Part shown: piece by piece, positions 1-10,601 of the stretch | How the letters are laid out: each line of letters starts with the position of its first letter | Position numbering within the stretch: position 1 is the stretch's first letter | Source of the DNA: Candidatus Eiseniibacteriota bacterium | GTDB lineage: Bacteria; Orphanbacterota; Orphanbacteria; Orphanbacterales; Orphanbacteraceae | Assembly (NCBI GenBank): GCA_043809585.1 | Contig: JBDROZ010000017.1 | Span: 1 to 64,000 of the forward strand | Direction: 5' to 3' | DNA length: 64,000 nucleotides | Translations under genes and position numbers: made by a program | The notes under the pieces: generated by a model | What the model was told of the DNA's origin: nothing | What the model saw: the letters and a program-made list of their open reading frames with translations, nothing else | Databases searched by the model: none

Positions 1-2
1 AC

Positions 3-1160
3 CACGCCATCGATTACTACGGGGTCGAGGAGCTTCTCACGGAGGAGGAGATCCTCATCCGGAACGGAATCCGCGATTTCGTCGACAGGCGGGCGATGCC
101 CGTCATCGCGGAGCATTTCGAGAACCACACCTTTCCGACGGAGCTCGTGCCGGAGCTGGCCCGGCTCGGGGTTTTCGGCTGTTTCCTGCCGGAGGAGTAC
201 GGCTGCGCCGGCGTGAGTAAGACGGCGTACGGCGTGATCTGCCGGGAGCTGGAGCGTTGCGATTCGGGGCTTCGGAGCTTCGTGTCGGTCCAGGGCTCCC
301 TCGCGATGTACTCGATCTACACGTGCGGAACCGAGGACCAGAAGAAGAAGTGGCTGCCGCCGATGGCGGAAGGAAAGATCATCGGCTGCTTCGGCCTGAC
401 CGAGCCGGACTACGGCTCCGATCCCGGCGGGCTCGTGACCCGAGCGGAGAAGACCTCGGCAGGATACGTCCTCCGCGGCGCGAAGATGTGGATCACCAAC
501 GGAAGCGTCGCGGACGTGGCGATCGTCTGGGCGAAACTGGACGGCGTGGTCCGGGGCTTCCTCGTCGAGAAGGGGACGCCGGGCTACCGCCCCATCCCAC
601 AGCTCGGCAAGTTCTCGCTCCGCGCGTCGGACACGTCGGAACTCGTCTTCGAGGAGTGCGAGATCCCGGAGGGGAACCTGCTCCCCGAATCAAGAGGACT
701 CGCGTCCCCCCTTCGCTGTCTCTCGAGCGCCCGGTACGGGATCGCCTGGGGGGCGTTGGGGGCGGCCATGGACTGCTTCGACCGGGCCCTCCGTTACGGG
801 AAGGAACGGATCCAGTTCGGCAAGCCGATCGCATCGTTCCAGCTCGTGCAGGAGAAGCTCGTCTACATGGCGACGGAGATCACCAAGGGGCAGCTCTTGG
901 CGTGGAGGCTCGGCCGACTGCTCGACGAGGGGAAGGCGAAGCACACGCAAATCTCCATGGCCAAGAGGAACAACGTGGCGGTGGCCCTCGACATCGCCCG
1001 GCTCGCGCGGGACATCGTCGCCGCGAACGGCATCATGTCCGAATATCATGTGATCCGGCACATGCTGAACCTGGAGGGCGTGAAGACATACGAGGGGACC
1101 CACGACATTCACACCCTCGTGCTCGGCGCGGACATCACCGGCATCGAAGCCTACCGGTAG
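3..1160 (+). CDS. Acyl-CoA dehydrogenase, glutaryl-CoA dehydrogenase-like (5' end outside window)
   Basis: Motifs IGCFGLTEPDYGSD, GAKMWITNG, RIQFGKPIASFQLVQ, KTYEGTHDIH. The frame stays open upstream of the ORF-track ATG at 96 (HAIDYYGVEELLTEEE...), so the true start precedes base 1. Confidence 0.9.
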   Translation, partial: HAIDYYGVEELLTEEEILIRNGIRDFVDRRAMPVIAEHFENHTFPTELVPELARLGVFGCFLPEEYGCAGVSKTAYGVICRELERCDSGLRSFVSVQGSLAMYSIYTCGTEDQKKKWLPPMAEGKIIGCFGLTEPDYGSDPGGLVTRAEKTSAGYVLRGAKMWITNGSVADVAIVWAKLDGVVRGFLVEKGTPGYRPIPQLGKFSLRASDTSELVFEECEIPEGNLLPESRGLASPLRCLSSARYGIAWGALGAAMDCFDRALRYGKERIQFGKPIASFQLVQEKLVYMATEITKGQLLAWRLGRLLDEGKAKHTQISMAKRNNVAVALDIARLARDIVAANGIMSEYHVIRHMLNLEGVKTYEGTHDIHTLVLGADITGIEAYR

Positions 1161-1407
1161 GCCGGGGCCGCCGGCCGAAATCTACTGCGATTCAGGCTCG
1201 CGGACTGCGAGACCTCCCTTCCTTCACCGCTTCCTCGACGGGGCCCGTCGGGCGCTTGGACTTATCGCGACGGCTAGGAGCGATAAGCGTTAGCGCCCGG
1301 GGGGAGAATCTAATGAGGCCCCGCCTGCGGGAGCGGTTCGTCCAGGTCGGCCTCTCTTCACGCGATCCTGAACCTCGCGACGATTTCGCCCGGCGGTCCC
1401 GGCCTAC
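1157..1407 (+). repeat. Long imperfect palindromic (rod-shaped) intergenic element, copy A
   Basis: 1157-1182 and the reverse complement of 1382-1407 match at 24/26 positions; nested internal stems throughout; homologous to 32751-33016. Confidence 0.8.
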
Positions 1408-1813
1408 GAAACCGAAGGAAGGGAACAGGATGAGAGACCCAGGCCGGGCTTGTCACAATCCTTTTGAAACAAACGGGTTGTGGTTCTGATGGCGCCCTGG
1501 GGTGCTTCACCGCGGCTAATAGTTTCAGAGATGGAATATCCAGGACCTCGTCCCCCAAGCCGGGGGTGTAACGCGGGAACCGATGGTTCCGCCCGTGCCG
1601 GAGGGGTGGGGACCGGCCCGGAGGGTTTTCTGCTTGCCGGGAGATCGTTTCCTCGGTTAATCTTGATCCTCCGGAAGTAACGAGCGGGCCGTCTGGCCCC
1701 GTCGTGGGCGCGGCCGGTCCGGGGAGGGTTTTGAATCCCCGGTGCCGCCGTCGCCATGAAGTGTCGGCGGGTCCGGATACGACGGAGCGCTCCGAAATCC
1801 TGGCAACGGGGGG

Positions 1814-2419
1814 ATGCGAATGAATCGGAAGATGTGGAACCTGATGGGTGTGGTCGGTCTCTGCTTCTCGGTGCTGTTCCTCTTCGGGCAGCTTTCGGCC
1901 GAGGAAGGCAAGGCCGTGGAAGGCAAGGCCGCCTTCACTTACACGGGCGCGGCCAAGTGCAAGACCTGCCATTCGACCGCGAAGAGCGGCGGCCAGTACA
2001 AACTCTGGGAAGCGAGTCTTCACGCGGGCGCTTTCAAGACCCTCCAGACGGAAGCGGCGAACAAGATCGCCCAGGAGAAGGGCATCAAGGTTCCGGCCGC
2101 CGAGGCGCCCGAGTGCCTCGGGTGCCACGTGACCGCCCACGGCGCGGCCGCCGAGGTTCGAGGTGCCGTGACCAACGAAGAAGGCGTCGGCTGCGAGTCG
2201 TGCCACGGTCCGGGCAGCGAGTACTTCAAGATGAGCGTCATGAAGCAGCTGTACGCGGGCGAGATCGAAGGGGCGACCGTGGGCCTGACCGAGGCGAACG
2301 AAGCGCTCTGCGTTACCTGCCACAACGAAAAGTCGCCGACCTTCAAGGGTTTCAAGTTCGACGAGTACGCGGCCAAGATCGCGCACCCCATTCCCGCGGC
2401 CGCTCCCGCGACGGAGTAG
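1814..2419 (+). CDS. Periplasmic tetraheme c-type cytochrome (cytochrome c554-like family)
   Basis: Signal peptide; four CxxCH motifs (CKTCH, CLGCH, CESCH in GVGCESCHGPGS, CVTCH). Start may be 1820. Confidence 0.85.
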   Translation: MRMNRKMWNLMGVVGLCFSVLFLFGQLSAEEGKAVEGKAAFTYTGAAKCKTCHSTAKSGGQYKLWEASLHAGAFKTLQTEAANKIAQEKGIKVPAAEAPECLGCHVTAHGAAAEVRGAVTNEEGVGCESCHGPGSEYFKMSVMKQLYAGEIEGATVGLTEANEALCVTCHNEKSPTFKGFKFDEYAAKIAHPIPAAAPATE

Positions 2420-2450
2420 CGCGCCGAGGTCCGAGCGAAGCACGGAATAC

Positions 2451-2485
2451 GGCAGGCGGGGAGATCGCTCCCCGCCGGCTTTTTC
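2451..2485 (+). terminator. Intrinsic terminator between convergent genes
   Basis: GGCGGGGAG-ATCG-CTCCCCGCC 9-bp stem followed by GGCTTTTT. Confidence 0.65.
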
Positions 2486-2491
2486 GTGGTT

Positions 2492-3277
2492 CTATTTCAC
2501 GCGCGCGGTGAGGGCGGGGATCTTCCCTTCCATCTTCTGCAGATCGTCGAAACCGTACTCCCAGACGGCCGTCTTCCCCTTCACCTCCGTGGCGTTCGAT
2601 TCGACCACGTCTCCGGGGAAGTTCACCGAGAAGCGGATCCTCCGCGTCGCCGTCTCATGCTCGATCTTCGCCTGCTGCTGCTCCATCCGGGCCTGCAGGT
2701 TCTCCATGTTCTTCATCATCTCTTCCATCTGGGCCTGCAGCTGGGAGGGGTCGAAGTTCTGGGGATCGATCGCGCCCATGCCGGGGATCTCGACCTTGCC
2801 TTCGTCCATCGCGTAGGTCTCCGTCGCGCCGCTCCCTCCCTGTTCCAGGTCTCTCCGGTAGAGCCATCCGCCCCCCGCCAGCTTCTCGAACGTGAAGGGG
2901 ACTTCGTCGTTCTTCTCGTCGAGGGCGTACCCGATGGCGGCCAGGTCGTCCATGCTCTCGAAGGTGAAGGCGATCTCCCAAACCTTGTCGCCCCCATTCT
3001 CCGACTCCGAGAAGCGCTCGATCTTCGCCTTCGATTTCCGCTCCTTCAGCGCCTGCTCGATCCGGCCCCGGTCCATGTCGCCTATGGGCGAGTCCTGGTT
3101 GCCGAACTCCTCCCCGATGGACCTCATGGTCTCGTACGATTCCTTGTCGACGGCCATGCGTATTTCAACGCGCCCCGAGCCGTCGCCGCTCAGGGTCAGC
3201 CGTTCGTCGTAGTCGACACACCCGAAAAACAGCGCCAGCATCATCACGGCCGGCGCGGCCGCTCGTCGCAGTTTCAT
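2492..3277 (-). CDS. Putative lipoprotein (LppM-like architecture)
   Basis: Lipobox-like LFFGC, then LTLSGDGSGRV; C-terminal FSVNFPGDVVESNAT...AVW; internal Gln/Met-rich coiled coil. Confidence 0.65.
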   Translation of the reverse strand: MKLRRAAAPAVMMLALFFGCVDYDERLTLSGDGSGRVEIRMAVDKESYETMRSIGEEFGNQDSPIGDMDRGRIEQALKERKSKAKIERFSESENGGDKVWEIAFTFESMDDLAAIGYALDEKNDEVPFTFEKLAGGGWLYRRDLEQGGSGATETYAMDEGKVEIPGMGAIDPQNFDPSQLQAQMEEMMKNMENLQARMEQQQAKIEHETATRRIRFSVNFPGDVVESNATEVKGKTAVWEYGFDDLQKMEGKIPALTARVK

Positions 3278-3341
3278 GAATCCGTCCTCCTGTTCGCGAT
3301 GTTTGGTCGTGGATCGAGGCCAAAGGGCCTTCTACTTCAAT

Positions 3342-4748
3342 TTAACCAGGAAAGGGCTCGAGCGCCCGTTCCGCCGCCCGCCGGGCAGCCCCGCGGTCCG
3401 GCTTTCCGGAAGGGGTCTCGGGGATCGAGGCGATTCGGGCGAGACGCCTCGGCCGCTTGTGCGGGGCAAGCCGCCCCCGAAGAAACCGGTCCAGGGCCGC
3501 CCGGTCGAGATCGCCCCCCCCCTTCGTCGCCACCGCCGCGGCGACGACCACCCCCCACGTGTCATCCTCGACGCCGAAGGCCACGGCGCCGGCGATGCCC
3601 GGATAGGCGACGAGGGCCTCCTCCACCTCCCGGAGCGACACGTTCTCCCCCCCCGTCGAAACCACGTCGTCCGCACGCCCCCGAACGGTCACGCGGCCCG
3701 CCCCGTCGATCTCTCCGAGGTCTCCCGTGTCGAGCCACCCGTCATCAGTATACGGGCTCGCGCACGAATCCTCGGGGAAGTAAGCGGTCATCGTCATCGG
3801 ACCCCGAACCTGGATCCGTCCCTCCCGGACCCGCATTTCCACTCCCGGGAGGGGGGGCGCGGCCGCGGTCGCCACGGCCCCGCCGGGCCGGGCCGTCGCC
3901 ACCTGGGAGCAAGTCTCCGTGAGGCCGTAGGTCGGAAGAAGGGGCAAGCCCCGGTCGTTCCCTTCGGCGAGCAACCGCTCCGAAACGGCCCCTCCCCCGA
4001 TCAGAATCGCCCGGAGATGGGCCGGCGGCGTCCAGGGCGGGTCGAGGTCGAGCAGCCGCCGCACCATGGCGGGCACCAACGAGAGGAGGGTGATCCGCTC
4101 TTCCTGGACGGCGCGGGCGAGGTTCGTCGCGTCGAACGGAGCCGCCCGGACCACGGCGCGGCGTGCGAGAAGGGCGCGGGTGACGACCGAGAGCCCGCCG
4201 ATGTGGGCGAGGGACATGGTGAGGCCCCACCGGTCGTTCTCCTCCCATCCGAGGTTCGCCTCGCTCGCCCGGGCACTCGCCACGAAGGCGGCGCGCGAAA
4301 GCACCACGCCCTTCGGCTTCCCCGTCGAACCGGAGGTGAAGACGATGGCGAGGGGCCGGCCGTCGTCGGGAATCGACTCGGTCTTTCGTACCGGCCCCTC
4401 CTCCAGGGGTTCCAGAAGCCGCGGTCTCCGGAGGGTGACGGCGGGCCGGCACGCCCGGGCGATCTCCTCCCGCTCCGTCGGAGTGAGCCGCGGATGGAGC
4501 GGCGCGAAGGGGAGGCCGAATTCGACGAGGGCGTGGAGGAACGCGAAAGTCCCCGTCTCCGGCGACCCCGTGAAGAGCGCCGCCGGTCCCGGCCCCGGTC
4601 TGCGGACGCGCACGCCGAGCCGGGCGAGCCGGTCCATGGCCCCCCGTACGGCGGGCGCGAAGGACCCGTACGTGTGCACCAGCCCCCGATCGACCAGCGC
4701 GACCCGATCGGGGAATTCCTCCGCGGCCCGGAGGAACGACAAACTCAT
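3342..4748 (-). CDS. menE: o-succinylbenzoate-CoA ligase
   Basis: AMP-binding motifs VFTSGSTGKPKG, YGLTET, WLDTGDLG, TPSGK; start ATG 4748 overlaps the menC stop (ATGA); men cluster context. Confidence 0.85.
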   Translation of the reverse strand: MSLSFLRAAEEFPDRVALVDRGLVHTYGSFAPAVRGAMDRLARLGVRVRRPGPGPAALFTGSPETGTFAFLHALVEFGLPFAPLHPRLTPTEREEIARACRPAVTLRRPRLLEPLEEGPVRKTESIPDDGRPLAIVFTSGSTGKPKGVVLSRAAFVASARASEANLGWEENDRWGLTMSLAHIGGLSVVTRALLARRAVVRAAPFDATNLARAVQEERITLLSLVPAMVRRLLDLDPPWTPPAHLRAILIGGGAVSERLLAEGNDRGLPLLPTYGLTETCSQVATARPGGAVATAAAPPLPGVEMRVREGRIQVRGPMTMTAYFPEDSCASPYTDDGWLDTGDLGEIDGAGRVTVRGRADDVVSTGGENVSLREVEEALVAYPGIAGAVAFGVEDDTWGVVVAAAVATKGGGDLDRAALDRFLRGRLAPHKRPRRLARIASIPETPSGKPDRGAARRAAERALEPFPG

Positions 4749-5830
4749 GAGAGCACCTCCGTCGGTTCGATGCCGTGCCCGGGGGGGCCGAAGGGGACGA
4801 TCGACGCCTCTTCGATCCGGGGAACCCGGGCCGCCGGCCAGGCGCCGAGGCCCGCGTGCCGGTCCAATCCACAGGCGAGAGGTTCCACGGGAAGGCCGAG
4901 GGCGAGTTCGGCGGCCGCCGCGAGGGCGACTGGCCCGTCGAAAAGGTGGCTGACGACGACGCCGTAACGCCGGGCCTTCGCGATCTTCATCATCCGGAGG
5001 GCGGGGACGAAACCGCCGAGGACCATCGGCTTCACGACGAGCACCCGGCAGGCGGGGACGAGGTTCAGGCGCTCCACGGCGCCGGGGAGGGCCAGGGTCT
5101 CGTCCGCCGCCACGGTCACCGGCGAACCGCCGAGCTTGAGGAGGAGGTAGGGCACCACCGGCTGCTCGACGAACTCGAGGCCGAACTCGGCGAGGGCCGC
5201 CAGTTTCTTCTCTCCCTCCACGAGGTCCCACGCGCCGTTGCCGTCGAGACGGAGCGCCGGCTCCGGCCCGATCTCCCGGCGGAGGGCGCGGACCGTTTCG
5301 AGCTCCTCGTCGAAGCGTCCCGCGCGGCCGATCTTCCATTTCAGCGTCCGAATCCCTCGGCGGAGGGCCCGGCGGGCGCTCTCGATCACGTCCCCCTCTT
5401 CCTCGCCCGAGAGCAGCGCCGCGAGGGGCACGGTCCTCTTCACGTCCCGCCCCGCGAGGAGGGAAGCGATCGAAACGCCGGCCCGGCGGCCCTCGAGATC
5501 GAGAAGCGCCGTCTCCAGGGCGAACCGAGCGGCCGGCGCGTTCGGATCGAGAAGTCGGGCGGCGGCGGTGAGCCACGCTTCGATCGATTCCCCTTCCGCC
5601 CGTTCCTTGATCCTTCCGGCGGGCATGTCCCGGAGCGTCGCTTCGCACCCCTCGATCGTGTCCGGCGAAAATCCGGGCAGGGGGCTCGCCTCGCCGAGGC
5701 CGATCTCCCCATCCTCGTTTCGAAGAACGAGGAGAAGGCCTTCCCGTTCTTTCCACGCCCGGCGCGCGTTCATGGCCCCCGCCCCGAGGGGCCCGCCGAA
5801 CCGCCGCACGTCGACGCTCGCGATGCTCAT
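4745..5830 (-). CDS. menC: o-succinylbenzoate synthase (enolase superfamily)
   Basis: [17 protein letters not shown] (KxK), LRLDGNG, FVEQP, AADET, VVKP; ATG 5830 overlaps the menA stop. Confidence 0.85.
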   Translation of the reverse strand: MSIASVDVRRFGGPLGAGAMNARRAWKEREGLLLVLRNEDGEIGLGEASPLPGFSPDTIEGCEATLRDMPAGRIKERAEGESIEAWLTAAARLLDPNAPAARFALETALLDLEGRRAGVSIASLLAGRDVKRTVPLAALLSGEEEGDVIESARRALRRGIRTLKWKIGRAGRFDEELETVRALRREIGPEPALRLDGNGAWDLVEGEKKLAALAEFGLEFVEQPVVPYLLLKLGGSPVTVAADETLALPGAVERLNLVPACRVLVVKPMVLGGFVPALRMMKIAKARRYGVVVSHLFDGPVALAAAAELALGLPVEPLACGLDRHAGLGAWPAARVPRIEEASIVPFGPPGHGIEPTEVLS

Positions 5831-6741
5831 CGGACGAGGCCGGGCGCGGCGATCCCCGCCGCGAGCAGGGCGCCGTGGAGAAGGAGGAGCTTCGCCGTCC
5901 CCTCGAGGGCCCGGTTCAGCTCCGGTCCTCCGGTGCGCGTCAGGAGCACCCGCCCGACTTTCACCGCTAGCGGGAGCGCGAAGAGGGAGACGAGGGCCGG
6001 CGCTGGCGCGACCCCCGCCGCGACGAGAAGCACCGGCGCGGCGAAGGCGATCACGAGGAGCGCGGCGTACTCCGCCCGTCCGGCCCCCCGGCCGAACCGG
6101 GCCGGGATCGTCCCCTTGCCCGCCCGCCGGTCCGTGTCCGCGTCCCGCACGTTGTTCACCACCAGGATCGCCGTGGCGAGCGCCCCCACCGGGATCGCGG
6201 CGCCCCAGGCGAGGGGCGGAATCGAGAGGGCCTGAACGTACACGGTGCCGCAGACGGCGACGAAGCCGAAGAAAACGTAGACGAAGAGATCGCCGAGACC
6301 GTGATAGCCGAGCGGGTACGGGCCGCCCGTGTAGAGAATCGCCGACGCGATGGCGAGAATCCCGGCGACGACCACCGGCCACCCCGCGACCGCCGCGAGA
6401 TAGGCGCCGACGACGAGCGCGAGTCCGAACACCACGGCCATGCCCGCCCCCATGGCCCCTGGCGTGATGAGCCCCGACTGGGTCGCCCGGGTCGGGCCGA
6501 GGCGATCGGGCCTGTCCGCCCCCTTCCGGAAGTCGAAGAGATCGTTCGCGAAGTTCGAGCCGATCTGGAGAAGGGTCGCCCCGGCGAGGGCGGCGATGGC
6601 CGGGCCGGCGCGGAAAGACCGGACGTGGACCGCGCACGCCGCGCCGACGAGGACCGGCGTGACGGCGGCGGCGAGGGTGGCGGGCCGGGACGCGAGGATC
6701 CACGCCCGGGCCGATCCGGGGCGGATCGGAACGCCGGCCAT
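5827..6741 (-). CDS. menA: 1,4-dihydroxy-2-naphthoate polyprenyltransferase
   Basis: [43 protein letters not shown]; multiple TM helices; TGATG coupling with menB. Confidence 0.92.
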   Translation of the reverse strand: MAGVPIRPGSARAWILASRPATLAAAVTPVLVGAACAVHVRSFRAGPAIAALAGATLLQIGSNFANDLFDFRKGADRPDRLGPTRATQSGLITPGAMGAGMAVVFGLALVVGAYLAAVAGWPVVVAGILAIASAILYTGGPYPLGYHGLGDLFVYVFFGFVAVCGTVYVQALSIPPLAWGAAIPVGALATAILVVNNVRDADTDRRAGKGTIPARFGRGAGRAEYAALLVIAFAAPVLLVAAGVAPAPALVSLFALPLAVKVGRVLLTRTGGPELNRALEGTAKLLLLHGALLAAGIAAPGLVR

Positions 6742-7571
6742 CAGGGGAACCTTTTGAACTTGGAGAAATCGGGAGGCCGCTTCTCGAGAAAGGCGTTCCT
6801 TCCCTCTTTCCCCTCTTCGGTCAGGTAGAAAAGGAGCGTGGCGTTCCCGGCCAGTTCCTGCAGCCCCGCCTGCCCGTCGCAGTCGGCGTTCATCGCCGCC
6901 TTGAGGCAGCGGATCGCCGTCGGGCTGTTCGCGAGGATCTCCCGGCACCACTGCACCGTCTCCTCCTCGAGACGCTCGTAGGGGACGACGGCGTTCACGA
7001 GGCCCATGTCGAGGGCCTGTTTGGCGTCGTACCGGCGGCAGAGAAACCAGATCTCCCGGGCTTTCTTCTGCCCCACGATCCGCGCCAGGTACGATGAACC
7101 GTAGCCGCCGTCGAAGCTGCCGACTTTCGGGCCCGTCTGCCCGAACCGGGCGTTGTCCGCGGCGATGGTGAGGTCGCAGATCAGATGGAGCACGTGGCCC
7201 CCGCCGATGGCGTAGCCCGCCACCATGGCGATGACCGGTTTCGGAAGCGTGCGGATCTGGCGCTGCAGGTCGAGCACGTTCAGGCGGGGCACGCCGTCGG
7301 CCCCCACGTAGCCCCCTTCGCCCCGCGCGCGCTGGTCCCCTCCCGAACAGAAAGCCCTCTCCCCTTCGCCCGTGAGAATCACGACCCCCACCCGTTCGTC
7401 GTCCCGGGCGTCCGCGAATGCCCGGCCCATCTCGGTCACCGTGAGGGGACGGAATGCGTTCCGCACTTCCGGCCGGCGGATGGTGATTTTCGCGATCCCC
7501 TCCGGCGACTTTTCGTATCCCACGTCCTCGAAATCGAAGCCCTTCACGGCTTCCCAAACGGCGCTGCTCAT
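6741..7571 (-). CDS. menB: 1,4-dihydroxy-2-naphthoyl-CoA synthase
   Basis: [43 protein letters not shown]; start taken at MSSAVW (7571). Confidence 0.95.
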   Translation of the reverse strand: MSSAVWEAVKGFDFEDVGYEKSPEGIAKITIRRPEVRNAFRPLTVTEMGRAFADARDDERVGVVILTGEGERAFCSGGDQRARGEGGYVGADGVPRLNVLDLQRQIRTLPKPVIAMVAGYAIGGGHVLHLICDLTIAADNARFGQTGPKVGSFDGGYGSSYLARIVGQKKAREIWFLCRRYDAKQALDMGLVNAVVPYERLEEETVQWCREILANSPTAIRCLKAAMNADCDGQAGLQELAGNATLLFYLTEEGKEGRNAFLEKRPPDFSKFKRFP

Positions 7572-7679
7572 GGCGTATATCCCTTCCCCCGCCCGCCGGC
7601 GGGCGGCCGTCCGCATCGGGGTCCGGCGATAGGGTACCACAGGGGAGGGACGGTCTCCACGGGAGGACGCGCCGGCGGG

Positions 7680-9674
7680 CTACGAAGAATGGGAGAGGCT
7701 CTCGGGAGCAACCGACGGGGTCACGGGCATCCGGGGCTCGCGCTCCTCCCCCTCGGGAAAGGGCCGCGGGGCGGGGATGTCCGTTGCGGGAAGGGTGAAG
7801 TGGAACGTGCTCCCCTCGCCGAGGACGCTCTCGGCCCAGATCTCTCCGCCGTAGTGGGAGACGATCTCCCGGCAGATCGGGAGGCCGAGCCCGGTTCCCT
7901 TGGGGACATCCGCTTTCGGAGGGCCCGAGGCCTGGCGGAACTTCTCGAAGATCGCTTCGAGGTCCTTTTCGTGGACGCCATCCCCCCGGTCGGCCACGGA
8001 GACCCGGATCCGGTCGCCCCCGTCCCCCCTCCGGTTCCCGCGGACCTTCGCCCCCCTCACCGCGATCGCCGTTCCCTCGGGGGAGAACTTGATCGCGTTC
8101 CCCACGAGATTCGTGAGGACCTGGTGGATCCGGTCCCTGTCGGCGAGGACCGCGGGCAGGCCCTCTTCGAAATCGACCTCGAACCCTATCGATTTCTTCT
8201 CGAGCATCTGGAGCTGACTCTTGCCGACACCCCGGGCAATCTCTTCGAGGGAACAGGGGGTATCGTTCCAGGTCATGCCCCCCGCCTCGATCTTCGAGAG
8301 GTCGAGCACGTCGTTGATGAGACGGGTCAGTCGCTCGCTCTCGAGGTTGATGATCTCTGCGAACTCCTTCCTCGTCTCCCGGTTCTCGTCGTAATTCATC
8401 AGGTATTCGGAGAAGGAGCGTATCGAGGTCAGGGGCGTGCGGAGTTCGTGGGAAACGGTGGAGAGGAAGCCGTCCTTCATCCGCCCGATGCGCTGCAGTT
8501 CGCCGTTCGCTTCTTCCAGCTCGGCGGTCCGCCGCCGCACCCGCTCCTCCAGTTCCTCGTTCAGCTTCTTGATTTTCCGCTCCGCCTCTTTCCGTTCGAG
8601 CACCTCGGCCATGAGGAGCCTGTTCGTCTCGCTCAGCTTGGCCGTCCTGTCCTCGACCTCGCCCTCCAGGCGGACCCGGCGGGCCTCGAGCTCCTCCTCG
8701 GCCCTCTTCTGGTCCGTGATGTCGACGATGATGCCGTTGACGTGGGTCGCCCGTCCCGAAGAGTCGATGGCGGGGCTCGACTTCACGCGGATCCAGCGAA
8801 TCTCTCTTCGATCGTGGTGCCGGATTCGGAACTCCTCGGAAGAGACCTCGCCGGTCTCCGCGGCCCGGAGATTCGTCTCGTGAATCCGCGCGCGGTCCTC
8901 CTCGTGGATGTTTTCGAACCAGGAGGTGAAACGCTCCGGCTCGGTGATGCCGAGAATATCGCGGATCGACGGGCTCGCGAAGACGACCCGCGCACCGAGG
9001 GGGGCCAGGTTGTCCGTTTCGATTCGGTAAACCACGAACCCACGGGCGCTCTCCATGAGGGATCGAAGGTGGGCCTCGCTGCTGCGGAGTTCCTCGGCGG
9101 AGCGTTTCCGTTCGAGGGCGTTGCTGAGCATGTCCCCTACGATGCGGAGAATGCCGATCGACTCGTCGGTCCATGTCTTCTCTTCGCGCACCGAATCGAA
9201 ACCGACAAGACCGATCACCCGGCCCGACGTGGCCAGGGGGACGAGCACGAGGGACTGAATCCCCTCCGCCTCGAACTCCTCCTTCGTCGCGGCGGCCTCG
9301 GCGGGGAGATTCGCGACCGACGGTACGTGGAAGACCTCCTGGGAGAAGATCGGGGCGAGGCAGAATTCGAAAACATCCACGGGAAGGTTTTGGAGGCGCT
9401 CGATCATCGGTTCGATGCCGCCGGCACACCATTCGTGGGTATTGGATACGAGCTTGTCGTCGTCGTGGAAGAGGAAGAGGTAGCTCCGGTCGACGCCGGC
9501 GTATTCGCCGATCTCCCGGAGGGCGCGGTGAATCATGTCGTCCACCGAATCCGGTTCGAGATGGATGAACCCGGTGGAGAGGCCCATGATGAGGTCTTGA
9601 AACTTGCGGCACTCGCTGCGATGGCCCGGTCCATTCATGAGTCGATTCCCGTCCCTTTTTTCCAGGTACTCCAC
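7680..9674 (-). CDS. Cytoplasmic sensor histidine kinase (GAF-PAS-coiled coil-HisKA-HATPase)
   Basis: GAF (VDRSYLF, SNTHEWC, GLVGFD), PAS/PAC ([22 protein letters not shown]), H-box [10 protein letters not shown]-box [10 protein letters not shown]2-box GTGLGL; no TM helix. Alternative start ATG 9638. Confidence 0.9.
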   Translation of the reverse strand: MEYLEKRDGNRLMNGPGHRSECRKFQDLIMGLSTGFIHLEPDSVDDMIHRALREIGEYAGVDRSYLFLFHDDDKLVSNTHEWCAGGIEPMIERLQNLPVDVFEFCLAPIFSQEVFHVPSVANLPAEAAATKEEFEAEGIQSLVLVPLATSGRVIGLVGFDSVREEKTWTDESIGILRIVGDMLSNALERKRSAEELRSSEAHLRSLMESARGFVVYRIETDNLAPLGARVVFASPSIRDILGITEPERFTSWFENIHEEDRARIHETNLRAAETGEVSSEEFRIRHHDRREIRWIRVKSSPAIDSSGRATHVNGIIVDITDQKRAEEELEARRVRLEGEVEDRTAKLSETNRLLMAEVLERKEAERKIKKLNEELEERVRRRTAELEEANGELQRIGRMKDGFLSTVSHELRTPLTSIRSFSEYLMNYDENRETRKEFAEIINLESERLTRLINDVLDLSKIEAGGMTWNDTPCSLEEIARGVGKSQLQMLEKKSIGFEVDFEEGLPAVLADRDRIHQVLTNLVGNAIKFSPEGTAIAVRGAKVRGNRRGDGGDRIRVSVADRGDGVHEKDLEAIFEKFRQASGPPKADVPKGTGLGLPICREIVSHYGGEIWAESVLGEGSTFHFTLPATDIPAPRPFPEGEEREPRMPVTPSVAPESLSHSS

Positions 9675-9803
9675 GGTTGATTACTTTACTTATCGGAATA
9701 TCGGCATGAGGCTGAAGGTGAAATCTGGCGGCCGCCGGGGAAGGGGCGGGATTCCGCTCCGGGTGACGGGGGGCTCTTTCTTAACTTCTCTATCAGTTGA
9801 ACC

Positions 9804-10601
9804 TTAGGACCGCGATGGGCGGCCTCCGCGGAGAAGAGAAGCGAGGACCGAGGGGGCTTCGAGAGGAATGTTGTGGCCCACCCCCGGCAGCACCGCCATC
9901 TCGGAGGCCCGGAGGACGTCCGCCATCTCCCGCGCGAGGGAGAGGAATTTCGTGTCTTTCTCGCCGGCGACGAGCCGGACGGGAACCCTGATCGACGGGA
10001 GGGCGGAGCGGTAATCGGGCATGGCCGCGAGGCCGAGGGCGGTCATGGCCCGTGCGAGGGAGGGGGCATCATGACGGAGGCGGATCGCCCGCTGCTCTTC
10101 GAGAACCTCTTCGGGGAGGTCCCGCTGGGTTGCGAAGAGAGGGAGGTCCTCCCACCGGGAGGAGAACGCTTCGATTCCCTCGTCCCGGATCCGCCGGGCC
10201 CACTCCCCGTCCCACCGGGCCCGCTCCCGGCGCCCCTCGCCGTCGGCGATCCCCGGGTTGACGCCGATCAGTGTCGCCCGCTCCAATATCCCGGGGTGGC
10301 GGACGAGAAGCCCGAGGGCGACCCGCGCGCCGAGGGAGTAGCCCGCCGCCTCGATCGGAAGGTCGAATTCTCCCTCGAGAAGCCGGGCGATCGAGTCGAC
10401 GAGGTCCTCGAAGCCGGCCCCCTCCGGAATCGGACAGGCGGGGTCGTGGCCGGGAAGGGTGAGCGCCGCGGTCTCCCGGGAGTTCGGGAGATGGGCGGCG
10501 ACTCTTCGCCAGCCCGCCCCGTGACCGGCGAACCCATGAATCAAGAGAAGAGGGGGGCCCTCGCCGCGGGAGAAGAAGTGAAGGGGCGCCCGGATCGTCA
10601 C
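9804..10601 (-). CDS. menH: SHCHC synthase (alpha/beta hydrolase)
   Basis: LIHGF, GYSLGAR nucleophile elbow, GEKDTKF, GHNIPLE; GTG 10601 overlaps the menD stop. Confidence 0.85.
   Translation of the reverse strand: MTIRAPLHFFSRGEGPPLLLIHGFAGHGAGWRRVAAHLPNSRETAALTLPGHDPACPIPEGAGFEDLVDSIARLLEGEFDLPIEAAGYSLGARVALGLLVRHPGILERATLIGVNPGIADGEGRRERARWDGEWARRIRDEGIEAFSSRWEDLPLFATQRDLPEEVLEEQRAIRLRHDAPSLARAMTALGLAAMPDYRSALPSIRVPVRLVAGEKDTKFLSLAREMADVLRASEMAVLPGVGHNIPLEAPSVLASLLRGGRPSRS

Noticed and set aside
1338-1383. In-frame TGA on the minus strand (VARFRIA*READL) as selenocysteine or pseudogene
   Set aside because: No recognisable protein context; it lies in a variable linker of the structured repeat.
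1157-1407. Integron attC interpretation of the rod element
   Set aside because: No RYYYAAC / GTTRRRY core sites at the ends, longer than typical attC sites, and no integrase in the window.
1313-1489. 58-aa plus-strand ORF with a plausible RBS whose peptide ERFVQVGLSSRDPEPRD resembles ERLVQVGLSPRDPEPRD at 32941
   Set aside because: Substitutions in the homologous left block show no codon periodicity, and the key changes are explained by base-pair compensation; treated as non-coding.
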